Below are positions 36,210 through 47,700 of a stretch of DNA of 64,000 nucleotides, in pieces (position 1 is the first letter of the stretch; each line of letters begins with the position of its first letter). The notes below the pieces were generated by a model, which saw nothing but the letters and a program-made list of their open reading frames with translations, was not told the origin of the DNA and did not search any database. Origin of the DNA: Ramazzottius varieornatus (Eukaryota; Animalia; Tardigrada). The translations under genes and the position numbers were made by a program. The stretch lies in NCBI GenBank assembly GCA_001949185.1, contig BDGG01000011.1, forward strand, positions 703,552 to 767,551. The letters are read 5' to 3'.

Positions 36210-38139
36210 CTAGTCGATGATGTAGTTCATGTAGTGGAAGCCGGCATTGTCAGGACGCAGCGGATGCTTTGGTGGCAAGAGTGTGAAACCACAGAAGCGC
36301 AGAGCTCGCATCCACGATGCTAGACAGCCACAATAATAGAAATCAACCACATAAATCAAGCGAGAAAACGAGCAAACTTACCAGCATCGGGTCGTTCCTG
36401 CTGGAAGAAAACGACCACATTGCTGCATCGCAGGTGCTCTTCGGCAAACTCAAGCAGTCGAATAAAGCTATCTTTGGAGCCTTCGCCATTGGTGCTGGTG
36501 GGGATATGTACGTAGAGCGATTTACCATAGAGAACGGTGGACCAGACGCCTGCAAAGAAGTCAAACGTGAAAGTGTGGATCGAACTACTAACTTCTCAGT
36601 TGGGACGTGCGAGTTCAAAAAACAAACGCGACAGGATCGATTTTCAAGTGGCGCGCGCTTCCGGCCAAATACACCAAGAACGTGCGCCACTTGGGCAGAC
36701 AATCCTAGTCAAACTTCACGGCGGAACTTACCTTCTAAGTTGTCGGTTAATTTGTACTTGAACTGAATGTGCACTGCAGCTGATACATTGGATGAAGATG
36801 GCGCTTTCTCAGTATGATGGAGTCCCTTGATGTTCTACAAACAAGCAAACCGTCCGGTGGTAAATCCGTTAGTTACTGTAATGCTGCATGAACTTCGCGA
36901 AGCACGTCATCATACGCGTACAGTAGAATACCGGTCCGAAAATTCTGCCCTACCAACGCCCTAAGGGATTTTCGCGCGTACGATGATGTGCTTCGCGAAG
37001 TTCATGAAGCATTACAGTACATCTCCGCTATAAGACCGTCAACTCAGGGCCGTGCACCATGCACAAAGTCAAGGCCGTGCACAAACTCGCAGTGGCGTCA
37101 GCAGTTGGGCACAGCCCTAACAAGCTGTAACTAGCAAAATCAAGCTTCACGTGTTCCACATACCTTTTTGCCAACAGAAGATTTCTCTTTCCCCACACCG
37201 TTGCCTTCTGACAACACAACGGTGCAGGGAACATCAAATACACCACTTGGGTCCCCGATCGGTCAGGGAGACGCTGTAGGACCTGAAAAGAGATAAGCGG
37301 ACCATGGTTAGCGCTCGTGGTTACTAGTGGGGATCGACAAGACTAAAGACTACAGCGAACTTATACAGCCACCAGGCTTGAAATACGCTCCCGGAAGGAC
37401 TATGGAATCAATTTACATAGCTAGAGTAAACACTCTTCATCAGCTATTCCTGTCGCACTGCGGGTTTTTACGCGACCTTGAAGGCCGAGAGGACAATCGA
37501 CAAAACACTGTACAAATGTCACTAAGCTGGCTCTTCCCCTTTCCTTCCATCACATTATGGATTTTTCTCAGAGGCTCGGCCATTCCCCCGAATCGACCCA
37601 GTCATTTTTATGTCCAGGCACCTACCAGCAGTCTGCCAGACATGAAAAGCCCATCAACAGACCTCGATGGGAACATCATGTTTGCGAAGGATGGAATGCA
37701 ATAATCGATGCTACTGACGTCAGCAATCGATAACCGTGGCCCAGTAAATCACCACCGAGGTATCAACTAGCATACGGCAGGACCACCCAGGGCAGCATTA
37801 ATGGACACGCCACGATGCCTGCGGGTTTTAAACGGACAACCGTAAAACATGCCCGTCGAGACCGCCTTGTTACAGCAACAAGGACCTGGGCATTTTTACG
37901 AATATAATTTTCACGTAGTAAGTTATGCCACCAGCCTTCTAACATAAGCTGGTTGCTCTTCACCATAAAAAAAACTTCATCCAACCTACCGAATCTGGGG
38001 GCTGGTGGCCTTGTTGTTGGAGGCAAGTTGATCAGCCATGGTCGTTTGGCTGATAGGAGCACTTATTAATGGCGATTTCGTCATTGTTAATGGACGAGAC
38101 AGCAGGGTCATCTAGACGTGTGTCCTGAACTTTCTTCAT
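36210..38139 (-). CDS. Oaz: Ornithine decarboxylase antizyme, requiring +1 programmed ribosomal frameshifting; first exon uncertain
   Basis: Exons 37164-37282, 36732-36834, 36382-36549 and 36210-36319 splice in phase. ORF1 ends ...RGPKWCI*. ORF2 in the +1 frame reads DVPC...FKYKLTDNLEGVWSTVLYGKSLYVHIP...EGSKDSFIRLLEFAEEHLRCSNVVVFF...MRALRFCGFTLLPPKHPLRP...YMNYIID*, the ODC_AZ domain. The 5' exon (ATG at 38139 or 38444) is a guess. Confidence 0.92.
36874..37019. mobile_element. ~142-bp MITE with ~43-bp terminal inverted repeats, flanked by TA (Tc1/mariner-like), in an antizyme intron
   Basis: TACTGTAATGCTGCATGAACTTCGCGAAGCACGTCATCATACGCG matches the reverse complement of the right end at 42 of 45 positions; TA on both sides. 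Confidence 0.75.
37169..37245 (-). other. Antizyme +1 frameshift cassette: UGG-UGU-AUU-UGA-U plus 3' RNA pseudoknot
   Basis: ATT at 37239-37237 and TGA at 37236-37234. Stem 1 is CCCUGCACCGUUG (37229-37217) paired with CAACGGUGUGGGG (37203-37191). Loop CAGAAG can pair with downstream CUUCUG (37180-37175). Confidence 0.85.
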
Positions 38140-41100
38140 ACACCCAGTTGGTGTCCGGTTGAGGGCTGATGGGATGGGAGGGATACTCGGGATATATCCA
38201 CGGATACACAGGAGGCTGGAGAGTTGTCTGCAAAACTGGAAGAAAAATCGAAGGGTAAAGAAAAGTGGTTTCGAGGTTTTCTCGTCTTTTCTACGCTGCT
38301 CTGCTTCTTTCTGATGGCAAAACAAGCAACAAGACAACGTGCTGTGGCTCCGCCCATGTCACATGCAGCCACGGCAACTAGGACAAAGGGCGAGACTGTA
38401 CGTACAACAAGAGGCTTCCCATCGTCCACAGGTGGCAGCATCATCGTAGATTCTCCGAAACTGCTTCCAGCACTAACGTAGGCATGCTCTCTTTTAGGAC
38501 TTCAAGGTCCTTCACGGGTTTTGTATCCTAGGTGAAAGAGTCGAGATTATAGACCTGGTTTTTGAAACCTACTGTTCTCGAATTTGACTCAGGGCCAACA
38601 GAAACGGGAAACGTTCTGAAACCTTCGCTGTTGTTTAGAATAGGCGTCGGCTATGGCGATAGTCGTCCGTGTTGAGGAGGTTCTTCCTTCTCCTGCTGTC
38701 CAGATGGCATTCCTGCTTGGAGACCTTCCTCACGTCTGAACGGAAAAGCACTATCAATACAGCAGACCGGGGAGCGATGTCTTCCACGAGAAGGATCCTT
38801 AATGCGGTTTGCGTGTGCCTGGTTGCATTACTGGCGCGATGCGGTTCCTGGTGGTGTCCTTAATGAGAAATCGATATACATACAGATCTTTTCGCTTGTA
38901 ATTTCTCTTGACGGATGGCATGTCGAGGAAAGCCTCGTTTTTCGTACTTACGACCCACCGTTAAATTCCCATACACTGCCTTTTCCCGTCTTCCCCTTTC
39001 CGCTGATGTGATCTTGTCTGGTGAGCCTTAAACAGGGAAGACTGAGCCTGCACTCTGGTGAGGATTATCGATCCTTGTCGAGGACTTTCCTTTGCACGCC
39101 TTTCCTTCCCCAAAATCCAATTTTCGGAAACACAATCGAGTGGCGTACCGAATTAAACAATGGAGGCATGCACGCTCGAGTGAAGTGGCGCGGGTGAGCG
39201 GAGGATGTACTGACGGTCTCCGCCCTTGCTATGCCTTAGCCAGTCACAAAGCACGTTTACTTGGAACAGCTGATTTTCACCCTAACTCATTGGTGCTCAA
39301 TCTCCTTGAACTGGCGCAACGTACAAGCTTGAGCTGCTCACTTATTCCGGTATGGCATCCAATGGCTTGCTATGCTGTAGTTCTCGTCAGGTCTTGGCAC
39401 GCCGTACGTATCTTGAGAGACGAGGGTCCATCATCGGTGGCGCACAGAAATCCTTCTCCAGTTTCTCTGCGATCTCTTCTTCCTTTCTTCATCCTGCAGA
39501 TAATCCTTCTCCGCTTTGCTTGTATTTTTTGCCCCTTCATTAGTCTCTCCACTCCTCCTTGCCTGTATTATTATCACAAGGGATAATTGCTGAATATTCC
39601 CAGGAGCTTTCGGTAAGTCAGAAGGAGAAAGAGATGAGTACATACCTGTCTCTTTCAGAGAAAGAGTGAGTCGTCCCTATTGCATACCTGTGGCTGCACC
39701 TTCGCTTTTCAACTGCCTGGGTCGATTGATGACGAGATGCTCGTACTCCATCACTGAACGCAATGATGTAATACAGTATGCACTGGGTGGAAAATCATTG
39801 GTGTATTTTGCTAGCCGAGAGCGATGTTGGTCAATGAAGCCATTCGCCGTTTCACCCGGCGCACTGCCTGAGCGAAGCTTCTACCAACACAGCAAAATCT
39901 GGTTTGTTCTTCTAACACTTGATTTCTTGCAGCAACATCACCCGAAATTTCCCGCGGATTCTTCTGAAGAAATCTCAGAGTGCTACGGAGGAATGTTTTG
40001 CGCTTGTCTGGAGGAATTTCTAGAATGAAAACAGTCGACGTTTAAGAATTCGTGGATTTCTGAATGGACGTTTTCGGATATTCGATCCAGCTTTACTTCG
40101 GCTGTGCGGCACGTTAGGCTGTCTGCTGAACATTCCAGGAGGTGAAGGTAAGAAGATAACGTTGAGTTAGAGTGATGGAAGGTGTCGACGAGAAGTTAAT
40201 GCTCAACGGTTCATCTGGCATGTTTGACTTTTTGGAGAGATAGCCGCGGAAACGGATGGTGAGAGAGCTTCCTACCTGTTTGAGGTTTTTGTAAGCTGTC
40301 TTATCATGGTCCGCCTTTTATCGGGCTCTTTTATCCCATCATGAACGGATAAGCGCTGATAAGGTTGGCCGGCTGATAATTATGGTTGCAGTGTACAAGT
40401 ACTCATCTGTCCATTTTCCTTATTTTTCCATCAGGCCATAGGTAGCCAAACGTTCGGACCTATCGCACACTCCACAGAATGAAACAGAAAACACTTCCAC
40501 ATGCTTGAGTTTCCCCCGATTAGCATTGGATAATGGATTGACTCGGATAGAGACGAAATCGATAATTATTCACTCAATTATTCATCTTGATGTCACCGAT
40601 TTCGTTACGATTTATTCAGTGAGGCACTTAATCCTGCCTGCATAATTTCAAAATACATCCTTGCTTCATTAAAAAGACGTTTTTCACATGTTCAATCATC
40701 AGTGTTCTTTTTGCTGATTGCAGGTGTGGGTTTCCGGCGGACTGAAATTATTGAATGAAAATAGCCGACAAGAAACCTTCCCTATATTTTACTGGTACGT
40801 TTTGGTCTTTTTGTAGCTTCAGTTTAGTCTGCAGAAAATAATGATATTTCGGGGGTATCAAGTTTGTGTGTTTTGGAAATTGATAGGGCAGTTATCTGTG
40901 TGATAGGAATGATGGCCTGTGAGAGCCGGCCAAACAGTGGACTTCCGGTGGTTCAATCTGTAATCGCTGGCTGATTATTATAATGCCATCAAAGCCGCCT
41001 TGTATCTCGCTCTCGGTGTGGAAGGTCGTGGCTGTAAACACTAGCCAGATTAACCTCGGTTGGAGATGAGAAGAAGTGACACTGTGTTGCGAAGTCACAA

Positions 41101-41744
41101 AGAAAGACGTTACACACGTTTTTTGCTGCCAAAGACCATTAAACGTTGAGCATGGCAATGAAACGACGAGTTTTAACGGGCTGGCTGTCGGAGGATGGGG
41201 GAGGAAAGAGCTTGGCGATGCGCAGTGAACGGCGTCATGACTTGAATCCACTCGATGACAGATTGTTCCCTCCGTTTATATATTCTGCTATCGGCCCTTC
41301 CGGCCAAGCTTCACCGACGTCTCTCATACTAACACCATCCGACACATAATCGATCCAACGGAAACCTTTTCCTCAAGGATATCTACGTAATTGATTTTGT
41401 GAATGTTACATAGCTAAAGATATGTACCTTTTGACTATGGAAAACGTGGAAGCTGGACAGAGTAATTCGATAAGACGGTTTTCCCAAGTGGCGCACTTTG
41501 CTATCCTTGTTGGCTGGAAAAGTGCATCACTTGTAGAAGCAACCTTGCCGAGTTGTGCCAAGTGGCGCACTTTTACAATGTGAGTGGCCGGAAAGATACG
41601 CCGTTTAAAAATGGTGGATGGTAACTTCTATTTGCCACGGTACCATTTGATCGAATGGGCTTGTTTCCAGACTCTGGAGTACTTGGATGAAAGTTATTGC
41701 GCCGGGAGGAATGCGAATACAAAGAATACGGCTAGTATGACGCG

Positions 41745-44700
41745 ATGAGCGGTTTGAAGTTTGGTCGCGCTTCGACGGGGACCGGTGGAGGAACCATCTA
41801 TGCTTCCTCTTCCAATAACGGTGAAGCGGTCACAGTTGGGTCGCGCGACAAGGTCTTCAACATCGCTGTGGTGGGACCAGTGGGCAACAGCCTGATCATT
41901 CATCACTCTTCCTCGGAGAGCAGCGGGACGCATAGCCAGGTGTCGGAAGATGGCGAGGGAGTTAGTGGTGGACCCGGCAAGTCTTGCTTGTGTGCGCGTT
42001 TTCTTCGGCCTGCCGAAGACGACTATCAACCCCGCGAACACGTCAGCGTCCTCTCTGCCGCCGACTTTGCTTCGCCAGCCATCAATAACGGTAAATTTGG
42101 TTTTTATTCTGCATATTACTTGGCGTATCGTGTTTGAAGAGCCGGTTGCCCTCTGTAGACCACTTTCTCTATTGGGGAGAAGCCAAACGAACTTCCGACG
42201 ATGGACAAGACTGCCGTTTTCAGCTGATTGAACAGACCGAGTTTATCGATGATTCCAACTTCCAGGTAAGTAACTCAGTATTGTAGTTTCGTGTTTCATG
42301 TTCATTGTGATCTTGAAGCTCGGCAAACAAACTTGGCGAAAATATTTCCCAAGTCGCGCACGGTTTTTTATTGCTTGCTGAAATCATGCGCCACTTGAGA
42401 AAATCAATCTTCGCAAGTTTGTTTGCTGAATTCACGTAGAGCAGATCGGAATCGGGATTCGTTTCTGTACAAGTCTGGGTTTATTTCATGTTTGAGTGTC
42501 ATGTGAAGGTTGCTTTACAGTGTTTATTTAGGATTGTCTGACAGCGTGTTTTTGTGTTGCAGCCTTTCCGGAGCGGTCGCGGCGACAAAGACTACGTCCG
42601 TCGCTCCACAGCCATCAAGATGCAGTCGCCCGGAAAGCTACAGTATTTCGGACGAAGTCAACTGGGTACGAGTATAGAGTAAACTATCACCCTTCAACAC
42701 ACCAAATTTGATTAGCAATCCTGCTTCGCATACAAACAATAGCCGCTCAGCGTCACGCTTGCTTGCCCATACAATGGTCTGATGACCTAAACGTCGATGT
42801 TCCTCACGCATCCAAACCTGTTTTTTCTTAGTTTATTGTAACCGTTTCTTTCGTTAACAAGTTTTGGATTGTGTGTTATTTCAAATTTTAAATTTGATTG
42901 GAAATACTGTAGAGTTCAACGACGAACTCGACAAGATCGTTTTCCAAGCGGCGCACGATTCTAGCTAATAACGCTGAAAACGTGCGCCACCCACGGAAGT
43001 AGTCTTGTCGAGTTTGTTTTAATTGTTTACTGAGCTCTCGATGATCCAAAAATCATGCTTCCGTATTTTCAATAAGTGTTTGGTAGCTTGATTTTGAAAT
43101 GCGAAATTGATTGTGGTGGTTCTTGTTGGATGCAGGTATGGAGCGCGAGTTTCAGATGGTGCCCATGTCGGATGGACGCTTCAACGTTGAAGGTTTCGTT
43201 TGTACGTTGGATGTGTCGAGTTCGACGGGTGCTTCCTGTGACGGTGCGTCAAGCATTCTGTCGTCGGCCACTTCTAAAAAGGCTCTCGGTAGCACTACCG
43301 GTCTTTCGGCAAGCCAGTCTAGCCAGATTGAAACAGTCTTTCAGCTGTTGTCGCACATTGTTCGACAAAAGAAACCCGTCGTCCTGGCTGCCACCAAAGT
43401 GGACCAAGCATCCCCTGCTCAATTAAGCGAAGCCAGCAAGCTTCTGCAACGAAAAGAACTCAAAGGTGAATCCTCTGTCCCAGTTGTCCGGAAGAAATGC
43501 AGGAAGAACAATTTGACAAGATCGTTTTCTAAAGTGGCGCACTCTTTCAGTTTACGGCACCGACAGCACGCGTCACTTTGAAATCTCGATCTTGTGAAAT
43601 TGCTCTTGCAAGTGGCGCACGTTTCCGGTTTGTAGCGCTGGACATACGCGCTATCTGATAAAACAATCCTGTCGATTTTGTTTGCTGGACTCTCAAATGG
43701 TGATGCTTATATATGACTCTAATGTAGGAAATGTGCAACTGGTAGAGACCTCCGCGCATCGCAACGTCAATGTTGATGCGGCATTCTGGCTGTTGGCGCA
43801 AGCGATAGAGCGAACTCGTTCCAGCCAGCAGCAAGGTCCGGCCATGATTCGCTATCGCCTGTCGCCTTATCAGGAAGCCGCTTCGATGCGCAAAGAAAGG
43901 ATGGAAACGGCGGCCAAAGCATTTGAAAGCCTCATTCGCACGCAAATCAAGGAGCGGAAACTAACGTGGCCCGAAGCGCAGCGCACATTCCATAATGACC
44001 AGGATTTCAAGTAAGACCCCCTCTTTTTCCACCACTTATCCCATTCATTCATCCATCGAAAAGGTTTCCTTCTCCCGCCCGCAGGTTTTACTGTGAGCTT
44101 TGGGGAACGGCTTCCGCCAAGAAGCTGTTCAACTCTTTCATGGGACAACTACGCGACCGTGAAGCACGTTCGCGCCTGACAATCTACCTGGCGAGACTCG
44201 AGCGTATCTTCCGTCAGCTTCTTACTGATGCCGCCCTCGTTAAATCCGGGTACGTGCCCTCCTTTCCCTACCATTCTCTCATATCCAACTGAGATATATG
44301 GAGATAAACTCGATAATTGTTCCACTGGCGCACTGCTCCAGCCAACAAGGCTAAAAACGTGCGTCACTTGGGAAAAATGACAAACTCGACAACATCCATT
44401 TCCCAACTAGCGCGAGCTTTCAGCTACGAAGATCAGAAGCGTGCGTAACTTCAGAAAACGATCTTGTGGAGCTCCGAGTTGACCATCCGTCATCTGCTTT
44501 ATCTTTTATAGGTGGGGTCCTTGTTTGGAGTACCTGCACGGCTTGTCAGACTATGATTCCTACTTTGCCGATCTCAGTTCTAGCAGCAACGTTCCGTTGA
44601 CTCCGCACAAACCCTCCGGTCTTTGCTCTTCCTCCACCGATTCTGCTTATGGGACCAGTAGCGTCTCGATGGCGTCGCTGGGTGGAAGTTACCAGCTGGA

Positions 44701-47700
44701 CGACGATGCCTTCTTCGAGGCAGGCGATGGCCGTGTTCCGTCGCGATTGTTGAACACCAGTGATGCTCAACGGGCTTTTGACGCTTATGCACTATCTGTC
44801 AAGCGCCGCGAAAGACAACAACGGTTCGTACTATCCCTGTACTGTGCACATATGCTAATGCCATGTAACCAGTGATAGGCGTCGATAATGACCGCTTTCG
44901 CCTTCGCTCGCCCACACTCTGCTCTCATGGCGTTACAGAGATGAACTAAGCAGCCGTGAAATAAGACAACGATTGATAGTTTTTTACTTACCCGCCCTCA
45001 TGCTGTGATGTGATGATGGCGGAAACGTGTCGATGGCTCAAGTGTGGGACGAATTATTCACGTGAGTCAGCAGAAAGCCAGTGAAGACAATTTGCAGACA
45101 GATGAATAAAGCACCCCGCCATCGAAGTTGACAGATTTATTAGTTTCCAAACTATAATTAACTTTTTTACCACCTCCATCAAGAATACATTGTAGAACAT
45201 ATCCGCGAGACGAAACGCATAATTCACTTCTCTTTGCATGTAGCCAAAGAAAGATAAAATGGAAGCTAGGTGAACGAGTTCGGTCATTTCCCGAAGTGGC
45301 GTACCTTCTCGGTGTTTTTTTCTGAAAGGATGCGCCACTTGGACCAAACATTCTTTCCAATTTTTGAAAGTGGCGCGCGTTGTCAGTGGTTTTGGTTAGA
45401 CACGTGCGCGACCTCAAAACGGTTTCTTCGAGGTTGTCTTGCCTAGGTCTCGAATCCCGCTATACAGTAGATAATTTTTGTTTCTTGCAGGCTGAAGGAC
45501 GACTTTGTAGCACTGCTGAAAGAAACACCTTATGCCCTGCCAGGTCGCTCCTACCGCGACCTGCTGGTTTTCCTGGCCAGTGAGCCCGGCTACACGGAAG
45601 AGCTGGCTCAGTTGAACAGCGCTGTCAAGGAAGAGGTCTACGCTGAACATCAAGCCGAGCTGACACAGCGAGCTGGCCTCAACTTTGTCCAGCTCCTCCT
45701 CGAGAACGTCAGTCTCTTCCAGCCCAAACCTCAGCTCATCAAGAACAGCAGCAGCAGCAGCAGCTCCTTCCCACGCAAGAAGCGGAAGGAAGCAAATAGC
45801 AATGAGGATAGGGAAGAGAGTGAGTTGAGAGACATTGAGGCAGTCTTGAGAGGCGATAAACGGTACCGAGCTATGGACCTTCTGGCTCCTCACCGCCACG
45901 TCCTCCTCACGAGGATGTATCGCTATTATCGCTCACCCTTCCCCGAAGCATGTGGTGACGGGACCAAGCCATGCTGTGATACTTCAACCATTCCCTCTTT
46001 CATTCAACAAAATATTCAAAGGTACTTTCATACACTCCTTCCAAAACGGAACTGAGGTTAACCGTTATCTCATTTTAGGACCGAAACACTGCCAGCGTTT
46101 TGGTTATACATGAAGCACAACTTTGAGAGCTCTGACTCTCCCTTGTCCGTTGTCTTGATCGGCGAGGAGCACCTAACCAGTAGCTTCAGACATTCCATCG
46201 CGGTATGTTATCTGGAAGCTCTGCAAACAAACCTGGCAAGTTATTTTTCACAAATGGCGCATACTTCCAGTGTTGATAGCTGGTAGTGTGCGCCACTTGG
46301 AATAGCTCGACGAGATCGTTTTGCCCACTTAGCGTAAACTGTCAGCGCTACTGGCTGGCAACATGCGCCACTCCCTAAATAGTCTTGTCGAGTGTGTTTG
46401 CCCAGCTGAACGAGGTCTCACTGAGAATGAAAGAATTGTTTCTTTGTCTCACAGAAAGTCTGCAAAGATTCATCGAGGACAACGAGAGGGAACGAAGCGG
46501 AGGAAGAAGTAGTACAAGTGGCAGTTGATGGGGTAGTTTATGCCATTAACTTGCCATCCTTCAACCCGGCAGATTCATCGCTCTGGAGCACCAACACGGA
46601 GCCATTCTGTCACGGTAAGTACTGCGTCCCTCTTTAGCCCGAAACTACCATCTGCAAGATGGGCGACTAGTCCATCTACGGCGGAGGAAACTAGGCTAAT
46701 GATGATGGTTATTCAATCCAATTTAAGCCCATGAATAAACAAAGAGAAATAATACCCGTTCGTTCTTTGCAGGCTGTGTATGCATTTACGACTGCAAAGA
46801 GGCATTGGAGGCAGTTGAAGTGGCCATTAGGGCGTCAGCCGATGAGGATGGACTGGCGCCGCGAAATGGGCTCCCGACCATGCTGGTCTTTGCGCCGGCT
46901 AGCGACGTCAAAGAGACACAAGTGGCGCGGCTAAGGGAAGCGGGGCAGGAAATAGCTAGCATCCAGCTGCAGTGCCTGTTCGTCGAACTGCCCAGAAGCG
47001 GAAGCGCGGTGGATAACCACAAGGAACAAGTCTGTGCGGACCATCTAAAGATGTTTGTCAGGCAGATTAACGGCAGGATCAACTTGGCGCGAAGCGTCAG
47101 CTTTTTCAGCCATCCAGAGAATGAAGCCGACACGTTCCATCACGATTTCATCGACTGCGATATCAGGTATGAACACGATCTGATGAGAGTTCGGTAAACA
47201 AAAACTCGACAGGATCAATTCTCCAAGTAGCGTACGTTTTCATTGCTATCGGTTGGAAGCCTGCGCCACTTGTAGAAACGATCTGGTCGAGTTTTGCCAA
47301 GTGGCGCACGCAGTCAGTGCTAATACCCGGAGGGCTGTGCCACTTGAGACTACGACCTTCTCTAGGCTGCTTGCCGGGCTCCCAGATGTTTTCTCTTGCC
47401 TAGTGTCGACTTGCTTTGGGTTCCTTACAGGTTGCGCCTATGCGTGATGTGTGATAGCGAAAGACCAGATGTTCAAAGCACCACGTTGTCGGTGGCTGTT
47501 GGGCCATTCACGCAGCATGTGCTGTGCTACCAGAGTCCCGAACGTTCTTCGGCCTTCCTGGTGGAGACGGCCTCTCTGACAAGCGAGGAAAGTATCTCGG
47601 ACAGCGGGCAGAGTCGAATAGAAGTGGACTGTCGTTCCTACCATGAGACCATCAGGGCCGTCAACAACACCAACACCGATGTGAGGAACGCTCTTACTGA

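Noticed and set aside
37239-37250. CCAAGTGGTGTA at the antizyme frameshift site resembles the repeat arm
   Set aside because: Explained by the conserved P-K-W-C codons; no partner arm 25 bp away.
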